Positions 18,369-28,600 of a DNA stretch of 64,000 nucleotides are shown here, one piece after another. Under the pieces are notes generated by a model, which worked only from the letters and a program-made list of their open reading frames with translations, was not told the origin of the DNA and searched no databases. The stretch's first letter is position 1; each line of letters starts with the position of its first letter. This DNA comes from a virus (taxonomy: Duplodnaviria; Heunggongvirae; Uroviricota; Caudoviricetes), in IMG/VR virus record IMGVR_UViG_3300010162_000009, one strand, 5' to 3'. A program made the position numbers and the translations under genes.

Positions 18369-18632
18369 ATGAAAGTCATAGAGTTAATTAAAATTTTACA
18401 GGAATTTCCGGAAACAACAAAAGTACTCATTGAAGGTTATGAAACCGGATACGATGAAATAACTTCTGTCGAAGAAAAAGTTGTCTATCCAAAAGAAAAG
18501 AAGGATAGGTGGTGGAATGGATATTACCAAGATTCAAATGTTGATAAAATCCTAGGACCTGAAGAAAAAGTAAAATATATTGATGAAACATCAATATCAG
18601 TAATAGCGTTATTTAAAAGCAAACCATTCTAA
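18369..18632 (+). CDS. Hypothetical protein, 87 aa.
   Basis: ORF track. Confidence 0.4.
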   Translation: MKVIELIKILQEFPETTKVLIEGYETGYDEITSVEEKVVYPKEKKDRWWNGYYQDSNVDKILGPEEKVKYIDETSISVIALFKSKPF

Positions 18633-18997
18633 TGGGAACAATAGAAGTAATAAACATTCACAGTACAATAGTACCAACAGACGGTGTGTATATCTATATT
18701 GGTAGGGGTAAAACCAGTGTATTGGGTAATCCGTTCACACATAAAAGAGACGGAACATTAGCACAGTATTATGTTCCAAATAGGGAAATGGCAATTTCAG
18801 GTTATGAAACATATCTTGAAGAAAGTTATCGAAATAACGAAGAATTTAAAAAAAGAATTGATGAAATATATGATTTCTATTCTCACGGTTCTAAAATATA
18901 TCTTGGTTGTTTCTGCGCACCTAAATCATGTCATGGGGATATCATTAAAAAATATATTGAAAAAAGATATATCAAAGAACATTTAAAAATAAACTAG
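18632..18997 (+). CDS. Hypothetical conserved phage-type protein (YIGRGKTSVLGNPF motif), 121 aa.
   Basis: ORF track; motif noted but family not assigned. Confidence 0.45.
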   Translation: MGTIEVINIHSTIVPTDGVYIYIGRGKTSVLGNPFTHKRDGTLAQYYVPNREMAISGYETYLEESYRNNEEFKKRIDEIYDFYSHGSKIYLGCFCAPKSCHGDIIKKYIEKRYIKEHLKIN

Positions 18998-19300
18998 ATG
19001 AAAATTGAAGATTTAGATAAAGTTATTGAAATCAGAGATACTATCAAAAGTCTAACACACTTAGATAGAGCACTTGATGGTAAGGATAATTATAACAATG
19101 ACATAGGTATTTGTTCTAATTATAAAAAAAATAGTAATGATTCACCAAATTTCACGTTTGTTTTAGGGTTTGGTGGTGGATATCATGAAGCGAATGTATT
19201 CAAATCAATTCGAGAACAACTACTACCGTATCTTAAAGATATAGTAAACAATGAAATAACAAAGGCAAATAGTGAATTGTCTGACATAATTAATAATTGA
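18998..19300 (+). CDS. Hypothetical protein, 100 aa.
   Basis: ORF track. Confidence 0.45.
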   Translation: MKIEDLDKVIEIRDTIKSLTHLDRALDGKDNYNNDIGICSNYKKNSNDSPNFTFVLGFGGGYHEANVFKSIREQLLPYLKDIVNNEITKANSELSDIINN

Positions 19301-19548
19301 TAACAATGAGTAAGGGTATAATTATACAAAACGGTGAAGTAGTAGAAGCATTGGGAAATGCAGCGTTTAAAGTTGAACTGGATAACGGGCACATTGTATT
19401 GTGTACAATATCTGGTAGAATCCGTAAAAATAACATTAGGATTCTAGTTGGAGATAATGTTGAGATAGAAATGTCCCCATACGATCTTACAAAGGGGAGA
19501 ATATCTCGAAGACATAAACTACCGAAAATCAATTTTGATGAGACTTAA
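19297..19548 (+). CDS. infA: Translation initiation factor IF-1.
   Basis: Near full-length match to bacterial IF-1 ([49 protein letters not shown]); 83 aa, S1-like OB fold. Confidence 0.85.
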   Translation: MITMSKGIIIQNGEVVEALGNAAFKVELDNGHIVLCTISGRIRKNNIRILVGDNVEIEMSPYDLTKGRISRRHKLPKINFDET

Positions 19549-19675
19549 TGTCAGACAAAACTGTCATTATGTCATATCAAATGGTAATTATGTCAGAAAT
19601 AGTGGGTTATAATACTATTGGCATAGTGTTTGAAGAATAGTCAGCAAATAATATTTTAAATAAATTTTTAATAAA

Positions 19676-20188
19676 ATGAACACAAAAAATTGTCGTATCA
19701 GAAGTCAATATCCCAGAACATATATTGGTGATATTATTGATTACCCAAATCCATGGTTTGGTATTTTTCCTCCACATCCATGGTACGGTGAACCGGGTTA
19801 TAGTCCTGGTTATAGTGGAAATACCACTACCTTTGCAGATGCGTTGAAGGAAATTACTAAATCTAAATATAGTTTAACCCATCGCGTTATTAATGACGAA
19901 AAATCTTTTTCGGTTGAATTCAGTTGTCCTGGATTTAATAAGGAAGATATTGAGATCATGTTACAAAATAATGTTTTGACAGTAGAAGTTAGAAAAGAGG
20001 AAGAGGGTGAAACCGAAGGTACAAAATATTTCTTCGCAAAAGAAGGTAAGGAGAGTTTTGTACTTCCGAAAGAATGTGATTTATCTACTATTACAAGTAA
20101 ATACGAAAATGGTATTTTGAGCGTGTCGGTAGAGAAAATCGAAAAGGTTCCGGAAAAACCGGAAATTAAAAGAATTGAAATAAATTAA
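19676..20188 (+). CDS. Small heat-shock protein (Hsp20/alpha-crystallin domain).
   Basis: ACD-like segment SFSVEFSCPGFNKEDIEI...VLTVEV...ENGILSVSVEK. Confidence 0.65.
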   Translation: MNTKNCRIRSQYPRTYIGDIIDYPNPWFGIFPPHPWYGEPGYSPGYSGNTTTFADALKEITKSKYSLTHRVINDEKSFSVEFSCPGFNKEDIEIMLQNNVLTVEVRKEEEGETEGTKYFFAKEGKESFVLPKECDLSTITSKYENGILSVSVEKIEKVPEKPEIKRIEIN

Positions 20189-20219
20189 ATTTAGGTACAT
20201 GTAATTCTTTTTTATATCC

Positions 20220-20227
20220 CTATTTAT
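20220..20227 (+). promoter_or_regulatory. CTATTTAT promoter-like motif 17 bp upstream of 20244-21266.
   Basis: Exact motif on the plus strand. Confidence 0.45.
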
Positions 20228-20243
20228 ATCTAAAAAGATATAA

Positions 20244-21266
20244 ATGGGATATAAATTAGATACAAAAAAATGTATAGAGCGGTTTAATTCAATACATGGT
20301 AATGAAAAATACGATTATTCAAACGTTGTATATGTGAATCAAAACACTAAAGTAGAAATTACTTGTAAAATGTGTGGTAATATATTCAACCAAATACCAA
20401 AAAGTCATTTTATCGGAAAGGGTTGTCCAAACCCAATCTGCGTTGTTAAAAGATGTGTTAGAAGTAAAAAATACAATTACAAAAGGAAAATAAAAGGATA
20501 TGCACATACAACAGAAGAGTGGATTAAAATTGCAAAAAATATACATGGTAATAAATTTGATTACAGTAAAGTGGAATATGTTCATAATAAAATAGAAATA
20601 TGTATAATTTGCCCAATACATGGAGAATTTTTCACCAAACCAATCAGTCATTTAGAAACAACTTATGGTTGTAAAAAATGTTGGGAGGATGTTAAAAAAA
20701 AATTGTTTAATTTAGATAGGGATAAGTGGATTGAGATGGCAAAAAAAAGACATGGTAATAAATTTGATTATAGTAAGGTAGAATATGTAAATCAACATAA
20801 ACATGTTTGTATAATTTGTCCAATACATGGAGAATTTTATCAGAATCCAAATAATCATTTACGTGGAAGGGGTTGTGAAAAATGTAAAGGAGAAGATAAT
20901 ATTTATGAACAACGGTTATATAATGTTTTGAATAATGAATTACCAAATATAAAATGGGTTAGGAATTTCAGAGATAAATCATTGTTTGGAAATTTTGAAT
21001 TAGATTTTTATAATGATGAATATAAAATAGCAATTGAACATCAAGGTAGTCAACATTTTTTTCCTGTAAGACATTTTGGTGGTGTAAAAAAGTATAACGA
21101 AGTTGTTCAATGTGATATTTTAAAACATTCAATTTGCCAAAAAAATAATATAACTTTATTATATTTTGCATACGAAAAAATTAAAATACCTGAAGATTAT
21201 ATAGATATAGTATATCAAAAAGAAAGTGAATTAATAAATAATATAAAAATAATAATTAAAAATTAG
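20244..21266 (+). CDS. Zinc-ribbon repeat protein with a C-terminal nuclease-like domain ([21 protein letters not shown]); paralog of 2071-3552.
   Basis: Three HG(N/D)K(F/Y)DYSKVEYV...[10 protein letters not shown] repeats plus the shared C-terminal motif. Confidence 0.6.
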   Translation: MGYKLDTKKCIERFNSIHGNEKYDYSNVVYVNQNTKVEITCKMCGNIFNQIPKSHFIGKGCPNPICVVKRCVRSKKYNYKRKIKGYAHTTEEWIKIAKNIHGNKFDYSKVEYVHNKIEICIICPIHGEFFTKPISHLETTYGCKKCWEDVKKKLFNLDRDKWIEMAKKRHGNKFDYSKVEYVNQHKHVCIICPIHGEFYQNPNNHLRGRGCEKCKGEDNIYEQRLYNVLNNELPNIKWVRNFRDKSLFGNFELDFYNDEYKIAIEHQGSQHFFPVRHFGGVKKYNEVVQCDILKHSICQKNNITLLYFAYEKIKIPEDYIDIVYQKESELINNIKIIIKN

Positions 21267-21274
21267 TTAAATAT

Positions 21275-23239
21275 ATGAGTAATAAAATTATAGGTATAGA
21301 CCTTGGGACCACATCGTCATGTGTGTCGGTAATGGAAGGTGGTAAAGCAGTTGTAATACCAAACAGCGAAGGTAGAAATACCACACCTTCAGTGGTAGCA
21401 TTTTTAAAGGATGATGTATTAGTAGGCGATGCTGCTAAACGTCAAATGGTAACAAATGCAGAAAACACAGTGTATTCAATAAAACGTTTCATGGGGGAAA
21501 CTTACAGTTCATCTATAAAAGAACATGATAAAGTTTCGTACAAAATTGTAAAAGGTAATAACGATACTGTTCGTGTTAAGATTGGTGAACGCGAATTTAG
21601 TCCTCAAGAGATATCTGCAAGAGTCTTACAAAAAATGAAGAAGACGGCTGAAGATTATTTAGGACATGAAGTTACAAAATCTATCATAACTGTTCCAGCT
21701 TATTTCAACGATTCCCAACGTCAAGCAACCAAGGATGCTGCTGAAATAGCAGGATTAGAAGTTCTCAGAATCATCAACGAACCAACAAGTTGTGCTTTAT
21801 GTTTTGGATTGGATAAAGCTAAAGAAGATATGAAAATAGCAGTTTATGATCTGGGTGGGGGTACATTTGATATTTCAGTTCTATCATTGGGTTCCGGTAT
21901 TTTTGAGGTTTTATCTACCTCTGGGGATACGTTTCTTGGAGGTGACGACGTTGACCGTGTTATTATAAACTTCCTTGCTGATGAATTTCAGAAAGAATTT
22001 TCTTTGGATTTGAGAAAAGATCCTATGGCATTACAGCGGTTAAGAGAAGCAGCAGAAAAAGCAAAAATCGAATTATCCTCTTCTATTCAAACTGAAATCA
22101 ATCTACCATACATAATGCCGGTTGATGGTATCCCTAAACACCTTGTACAAACTATCACCCGCGCTAAATTTGAACAAATGATTTCAGATATTGTTCAACG
22201 CACCATTGAACCATGTAAAACCGCATTAAAAAGCGCAAATTTAACCATAAATGATATTGATGAAGTAATTCTTGTTGGTGGTAGTACACGTATTCCTGCT
22301 GTTCAAGATGCTGTTGAAAAATTCTTTGGTAAAAAACCGAACAAGAGTGTAAATCCGGATGAAGCAGTATCTTTGGGAAGTGCTATACAAGGGGCAATCC
22401 TCTCTGGTGAGGAGACTGATCTTCTTCTTTTAGACGTTACCCCATTATCACTTGGTATTGAAACTCTCGGTAGTGTATTCACGAAGTTGATTGAAGCAAA
22501 CACAACAATTCCTGTAGAAAAATCACAAATATTCAGTACGGCAGTTGATAATCAACCGGCAGTAACAATCAGGGTTGGACAAGGTGAGCGACCATCCTTT
22601 AATGATAATAAACTGTTAGGTATATTTGATTTGGATGGTATTCCACCAGCAAGGAGAGGTGTACCTCAAATTGAAGTAACATTCAGCATCGATGTGAATG
22701 GTATTATGTCCATTAAAGCAAAGGATAAAGGAACGAACAAGGAGCAGAGTATTACCATTCAATCTTCATCTGGTTTATCTTCCGAAGAGATTGAAAGAAT
22801 GAAGCGTGAGGCTGAAGAAAATGCTGACGCTGATAAGAAGAAAATGGAAAAGGTACATGCGTTGAATAAAGCAGATTCATTAATTTTCTCTACTGAAAAA
22901 CAATTTGAAGAGTTAGGTGATAAAGTTACCGAAGAAGATAAGTCAAAAATTCAACCAATAGTAGATGAACTGAAAGAAGTTCTAAAAAATCAGGAACATG
23001 AAAAGGTTGAAGATTTGTCGAAAAAGTTAGAGGAAGCGTGGATACCAATCAGCGCAAAATTATATGCGCAAAGTAATCCTGACGGTAATTCAAATCCATT
23101 TGCTAATATGGGTGGTAATCCTTTTGCTGGTGGAGATAATCCATTTAGTGGATTTGATTTCAGCAAAGGTGCGCCAAACCCTACCGATGATACCTCTGCA
23201 CCGGAATGGGCGGAAGAAGTAGATCCTGATAAAAAGTAG
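21275..23239 (+). CDS. dnaK: Molecular chaperone DnaK (Hsp70).
   Basis: Full-length Hsp70: [28 protein letters not shown], and substrate-binding and lid regions. Confidence 0.95.
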   Translation: MSNKIIGIDLGTTSSCVSVMEGGKAVVIPNSEGRNTTPSVVAFLKDDVLVGDAAKRQMVTNAENTVYSIKRFMGETYSSSIKEHDKVSYKIVKGNNDTVRVKIGEREFSPQEISARVLQKMKKTAEDYLGHEVTKSIITVPAYFNDSQRQATKDAAEIAGLEVLRIINEPTSCALCFGLDKAKEDMKIAVYDLGGGTFDISVLSLGSGIFEVLSTSGDTFLGGDDVDRVIINFLADEFQKEFSLDLRKDPMALQRLREAAEKAKIELSSSIQTEINLPYIMPVDGIPKHLVQTITRAKFEQMISDIVQRTIEPCKTALKSANLTINDIDEVILVGGSTRIPAVQDAVEKFFGKKPNKSVNPDEAVSLGSAIQGAILSGEETDLLLLDVTPLSLGIETLGSVFTKLIEANTTIPVEKSQIFSTAVDNQPAVTIRVGQGERPSFNDNKLLGIFDLDGIPPARRGVPQIEVTFSIDVNGIMSIKAKDKGTNKEQSITIQSSSGLSSEEIERMKREAEENADADKKKMEKVHALNKADSLIFSTEKQFEELGDKVTEEDKSKIQPIVDELKEVLKNQEHEKVEDLSKKLEEAWIPISAKLYAQSNPDGNSNPFANMGGNPFAGGDNPFSGFDFSKGAPNPTDDTSAPEWAEEVDPDKK

Positions 23240-23278
23240 AGTTTTTTATTTTAAAAAAGTTTTATTATTTAAAAAAAG

Positions 23279-23310
23279 AAAACCCCATTCAAATCGAGTG
23301 GGGTTTTTAA
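23279..23310. terminator. Bidirectional rho-independent terminator (cccca-11nt-tgggg flanked by A and T runs) between convergent dnaK and 23328-25145.
   Basis: Hairpin plus T-tract read on both strands. Confidence 0.6.
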
Positions 23311-23327
23311 TGTTTAAGAAGTATTAT

Positions 23328-25145
23328 TTACTTTTTTCTTTTAAACGATTCTTTAGGAATTTGTCCTACGACAGTCCCATCTTGTTCAACGATATATAAT
23401 TTTTTACTCCTTGATTCAGTTTGCGCTTGTGGTTGTTGTGTTTGCATTGATTGCATTTGTGCTTCAAGATCATCTAATCTTTTGTTTTGTCTTGCACCTT
23501 GCATTCCAGGTGCAACCTTAGCACCCAAATAACCACTAACATAACCTTCTTCAATATTATCATCAACCACTTCAATTTCTACCGAACTAAAATTTTTAGG
23601 AGAGGAATTACCTGAATGTTTTCCAACTGTTGAATTTATTTTATCAAGAGTATCTTGATGGTGGTTTCCCAAACCTATTTCGCCATCCGCACTGACATCT
23701 TCAAAACTTGTTCTACCTTTTGAATCTGGTTCAACAGGACTATAACTGAATTTATCTTTTGTCACATCGGAAGCAACTGTATTAATAGTTTCTTTGACAA
23801 TTTTATCGACCATTCTTTTAATACTTTCGTTGAAATTCTTTTCACTATCCATATCGAAGATTCTCTTACCCATATCCTCATCATCGCCACTTCCCATCAT
23901 ACGATGAAAATCGTCATCGACATCAGATGTTCTATCATCGAATTCTTCTTCAGCAACAATTTGATCAATTTTTTCTTTCAATTTTTCTGCTATTTCATGG
24001 TAATCAAGATACTCTTCCTGATTTCTTAACCAACTGATTACAGCATTTTCAAATGAAACTTTATGTTCTTCTTGTTGTTTTGGTAAAGTATTATATTTAG
24101 TATTTAGTTTATCTGATAAAAATGCTTCGCTCAAACCACATTCTCCAACTTCGTCGCCACCTAAAAATTCTTCGTCATCTAAAGTTATTTCCTCTTCACC
24201 AGATTCACCATCTAACTTTTGTTCAATACTATTTAATTTATCCATTAAGGCGTTTAGAATATCCATTTCTTCTTCCATGTGGTCATCGGTTTCGACTTCA
24301 CCTTCTTCAAACTCATCGTCTAATTCCTCTTCGTCAGAAAATTCATCATCCAGATCAATTTCTTCTTCGTCACCGAACATTTCTTCGTCATCCAAACTTA
24401 TTTCGTCTTCTTCCGAACTCTCACCTGTAAGACCGCTGACAGTATCTCCAACAGCACCGGTAACACTGCTTGCGACATCGCCAACAGCATCAACAGCACC
24501 ACTGGCAACTTTACCAACACCTCTTGCAGCACTACCGATAGCACCACCAACAAGACCGAGAACTTCATTTACTTCACCTTCGTTTACACCATCGGTAAGC
24601 ACACCTTCTTTTTTATCACCAATTTTAACTTGTTCGTTTAAAGGTTTTCCCGCTCTCTTTTGAACACTTGTACTTCCTTTTGTTACTATCATGTTTGTAT
24701 TTTCCATAATCTCACGAATACGATCAATCTCACCACGCATTTCTTTTGTAGTTACAGTTTGTGCAAGATTAGTATCAACACGTTGTCTTTCTTCAACTAC
24801 CAATTCTTTTTTATTGATGTTTTCCGCAAGAGTAACTAATTCTTCTTTTAGAACTTTTTCCGCTTGATTATACGATTTATATTCATATAAACCTTTACAT
24901 TGACGATTTCCACCAAGATATTCAAAATCTTCCAATTTTAAATCCCTATCTTTAGTAGATGTTTTTAAATAGTATTTTGAATTTTCTTTAATAATAGCAT
25001 AAGAATTACCATCACAACCTTTATATACTCTTTCGATATTACCTAACGGTTGACTTACAGATTGTACTACATGAGTACTATTACCCATAAGATTTTGCAT
25101 CCTTTTTATGCTTTCTTCCACAGTTGCATAATTATTTCTATACAT
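23328..25145 (-). CDS. Acidic Gly/Ala-rich protein, 605 aa (AVGDVASSVTGAVGDTVSG, then poly-Asp/Glu). Candidate virion-internal or scaffold-like protein; permuted paralog of 56175-57569.
   Basis: Shared segments with 56175-57569 (EGEVNEV...GAAG...; GNSYAIIKENSKYYL vs GNEYLMECDNYNQSFILEYKNPEKL). ATAAATAG 33 bp upstream. Confidence 0.55.
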   Translation of the reverse strand: MYRNNYATVEESIKRMQNLMGNSTHVVQSVSQPLGNIERVYKGCDGNSYAIIKENSKYYLKTSTKDRDLKLEDFEYLGGNRQCKGLYEYKSYNQAEKVLKEELVTLAENINKKELVVEERQRVDTNLAQTVTTKEMRGEIDRIREIMENTNMIVTKGSTSVQKRAGKPLNEQVKIGDKKEGVLTDGVNEGEVNEVLGLVGGAIGSAARGVGKVASGAVDAVGDVASSVTGAVGDTVSGLTGESSEEDEISLDDEEMFGDEEEIDLDDEFSDEEELDDEFEEGEVETDDHMEEEMDILNALMDKLNSIEQKLDGESGEEEITLDDEEFLGGDEVGECGLSEAFLSDKLNTKYNTLPKQQEEHKVSFENAVISWLRNQEEYLDYHEIAEKLKEKIDQIVAEEEFDDRTSDVDDDFHRMMGSGDDEDMGKRIFDMDSEKNFNESIKRMVDKIVKETINTVASDVTKDKFSYSPVEPDSKGRTSFEDVSADGEIGLGNHHQDTLDKINSTVGKHSGNSSPKNFSSVEIEVVDDNIEEGYVSGYLGAKVAPGMQGARQNKRLDDLEAQMQSMQTQQPQAQTESRSKKLYIVEQDGTVVGQIPKESFKRKK

Positions 25146-25177
25146 AATTAAAATTATATTTTTATGTTATTTTAATA

Positions 25178-25185
25178 ATAAATAG
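25178..25185 (-). promoter_or_regulatory. ATAAATAG motif upstream of 23328-25145.
   Basis: Exact motif. Confidence 0.45.
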
Positions 25186-25192
25186 CAGTGTT

Positions 25193-25567
25193 TTACAATA
25201 AATAGTTTTTTAAGTACTGTTCTACTATTGGTCGAATAATATTTTGTTTTATTTCTTCTTCATTTATACTAATACTATAAGGTGGCATCTTTCTTACATG
25301 ACTCGATGCTTTACCAAAAGCAGGGGCATCATATGTTGCAGATCCACTTCCACCACCAAATGCTGCACCACCACCTCCACTGAAACCAGCAGCACCTTCA
25401 TTTTCTTCTAATGCTGTTTCAGAATTAACACATGCTTTCGCGTCATCTATACTTGATAAATTTTCAGATATTAGACCTATATTAGGTTTTAAAACATCAA
25501 ATGTCCCTTCTTTGGTTTCCCTTATCTTGTAACCCTTATAAGAATATTTCTTTATGTAATTACTCAT
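25193..25567 (-). CDS. [10 protein letters not shown]-family protein with a Gly-rich low-complexity middle, 124 aa; paralog of truncated 1-673.
   Basis: N-terminal [28 protein letters not shown] matches the 1-673 product. Confidence 0.5.
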   Translation of the reverse strand: MSNYIKKYSYKGYKIRETKEGTFDVLKPNIGLISENLSSIDDAKACVNSETALEENEGAAGFSGGGGAAFGGGSGSATYDAPAFGKASSHVRKMPPYSISINEEEIKQNIIRPIVEQYLKNYLL

Positions 25568-25583
25568 TAAATTTAAATTTTAT

Positions 25584-25591
25584 TATAAATA
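25584..25591 (-). promoter_or_regulatory. ATAAATAG motif upstream of 25193-25567.
   Basis: Exact motif. Confidence 0.45.
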
Positions 25592-25622
25592 GAAATTTGT
25601 AATTATTTACTATCACAATTAA

Positions 25623-28600
25623 TTACGATATTTTCTCTATAAGTTTTTCCAACCTTTCAATTCTATCAACCAAATTATCAACCATACTTAATGCGACAAC
25701 AGATAGTTTTGTATAATCAACTGCCAAAAACCCTTCCTCATTGGTTGTAACCAGTTCCGGACATATTTTTTGAACATCTTGTGCTATTACACCAATATGT
25801 TGTGTTTTTGTTTCATCATCGTTTAACTGATAGTAGATTTTCTTTAAATGTTTAAATGTTTCAATAGTATAATTTGAATCAACTTCTCCTGTTACTGTTT
25901 TTAAACGTGTATCCGATTCTTGGAAAAATCCACCTCCGGCATATATTCGCTGACTACCATCTCTAAATACTACCGAACTTGCAACACTACTTCCTGTTAC
26001 TGGACAAGCGGTTGGTACACCATTTGTAGCAAAGTAAATAGGTTGTATACCACTACCAAGTGCTCCTTGCCCTGTACCGTTACCTAAAACAAGTTGAGTA
26101 GCAGTAGCAGCAGTACCACTTGTTCCAAGTCTTGTTGCTGAACCGGCATTACCTGTTACTGTTGTTGGTGCCGCTGGCATAGTTAATGTACGTGCCGTTG
26201 CGGTAACTTGCCCGTTTGTTGCTTGACTTACTTGTGGTACAATAAATGTACCCCCATAAGTCAAGGTTGCGTTTGCAGCAGGTCCTGTTGCAGCAACCGC
26301 CGTAAATGTTGGGGCAGCTGGTGCCGCCGGCAGAGTCATTGCACGTGCCGTTGCAGTAAGTTGTCCGTTTGTAGCCTGACTCACTTGTAATACATTAAAG
26401 GATGCACCAAATGTCAAAGTTCTAGCAGCAGTCTCACCGGTATTTGATACGGCAGTTACTGATATTGTTGGAGCAGCTGGCATAGTCATTACTCTTGGAG
26501 TAATTGTCATTTGACCACCTGCTGCTTGTGATGCTTGCAGGACAGTAAATGTTCCTCCATAAGTTAAAGTTTTTGCAGCAGCTTCTCCACCACCTGTTAC
26601 CGCCGTAATAGCGGTACATGCTGTTGGAACACCGGCATTTAAATACATAGGTTGTGTCAACCCTCCAACCGTTCTTGTTGATGTTCTTAAATTACCATTC
26701 CCATCCGATGAGTCTACAACAATCATATTATACGCCGTCGATGAAACACCAGGAGTTATTTGTGTTGGAACACCAGCATTTAAATATATAGGTCTTTGTA
26801 CTGCGCCAACCGTACCCGGAGCATTTCCGTTACCTAATACAAGTTGTGTTGCAGTTGCTGCGGTTCCGGCTGTACCTAACCTTGTTGCTGAACCGGCATT
26901 ACCGGTTATTGTTGTTGGTGCGGCCGGCATGGTCATTGTATAACTTGTAGCTGCAACTTGTCCACCTGCAGCCTGACTTACACCAGGAACACTAAATGTA
27001 CCACCGAAAGTTAAAGTTGCGGCGGCAGAAGGACCTGCTGCTGCAACCGCATTAATTACAGGGAACGTTGCCAAAGAACCATCACCTCTTAAATACTGAG
27101 TGGCTGTTCCGAGTCCGCTGTGAGCGGTTATTGCATGACTTGCTGGGGCAAAAGTTGTGGGTTTATCCGTTATTTGTGCCCAAAGATGATCATGTGTAGT
27201 AGGTGTCATAGACGTTGGAAACGTTGCTAAAGAACCATCCCCCCTTAAATACTGCGCACTAGTTCCTAATCCGGTATGACTGTTCAAAGCATGACTTGCC
27301 GGAGCAAAAGTTGTTGGAACACCAGTAAGGTTACTATATGCCCAACTTGTTGGTCTGTCTGTAATGTTTGCCCAAGTATGATCGTGTGTTAGAGGCGCAT
27401 ATGCTGAAAATTGTAACTGTGTTCCTGACTTTGTAACCGCATTTCCACCAACTGTTGCCGATTGAATCGCTGTATCAACCTTCCCACCTTGCGTATTAAT
27501 CGCTGTCCACACGTCACTTAAATCCACGTTTGCACTAAACTCTTTCCACTCGAAGTCGAAACGATAAAATGCGTTGTCGCTGTTTCTGTTATGCCATAAA
27601 TCACCCAGAGTTTCTTCTACATTTGGTTTATTTACACCTTCAATACCATAAGTTGTATTTGCTGTTCCACTCCACGTTCCGTTATTAATAATATAACATG
27701 ACCAGAATGTGTCAGCAACTAAATTTGATATATTTTCTTGACTATTCACATACCATAATGTTCCGTTTCCGAACATTGTGTTTTGTGGTGTATTATCTGG
27801 CGGTGTCGCCGATATAATTCCGCGAAACCCGAAAAATCCACTTCCCATCGTGGATAACATTGTTTCCACCCACGATTTTCCGGTGGTTTCAGTCCATTTA
27901 CCATTTACTTGTGTTTGTAAATTATTAAGATCTGTCTGAGATGCGGCGTTATCCGCTTTTGTTCCCTGTGCAGCAGTAGCAAATGCGGCAGCATTTTGTA
28001 ATGCAGTATCTGCTTTTGCGCCTTGAGCTGCTGTAGCAAATTCGGCAGCATTTTGTAACGCGGTGTCTGCTTTAGCACCTTGTGCTGCTGTTGCGAAATC
28101 AGAAGGATTTAATTCATCAGGATACTCCGGAAATTCTAATACACCACCAGTTTTTGTAACAGCAAGACCACCAACAGTTGCAGACTGTACTGCACTATCT
28201 GCTTTTGCACCTTGAGCGGTGGTAGCGAATTCGGCAGCATTTTGTAACGCGGTGTCTGCTTTAGCACCTTGTGCTGAAGTTGCAAACCCTTCGCTTCTGT
28301 CTTTAAATTCGTTAAAACTTGTTTGAGTCGGAGCACTATCTGCTTTAGCACCTTGTGCTGATGTGGCGAACCCTTCGCTTCTATCTTTAAATTCGTCGAA
28401 ACTTGTTTTAGTTGCAAACGCTGATGCATCTTGTAACGCCGTATCTGCTTTTGCACCTTGAGCAGCAGTTGCAAACGCTGAAGCGTCTTGTAACGCTGTA
28501 TCTGCTTTTGCACCTTGAGCAGCAGTTGCAAACGCTGAAGCGTCTTGTAACGCTGTATCTGCTTTTGCGCCTTGCGCTGCGGTAGCGAATTGTGATGGAT

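Noticed and set aside
24122-24663. Plus-strand ORFs (His/Leu/Arg-rich; Ser-rich) within 23328-25145.
   Set aside because: Antisense translation of the poly-Asp/Glu coding region; compositional artefacts.
26208-28531. Short ORFs on either strand inside the 1039-aa fibre gene (26208-26390, 26434-26619, 28136-28531).
   Set aside because: Alternative-frame products of the repetitive fibre sequence.
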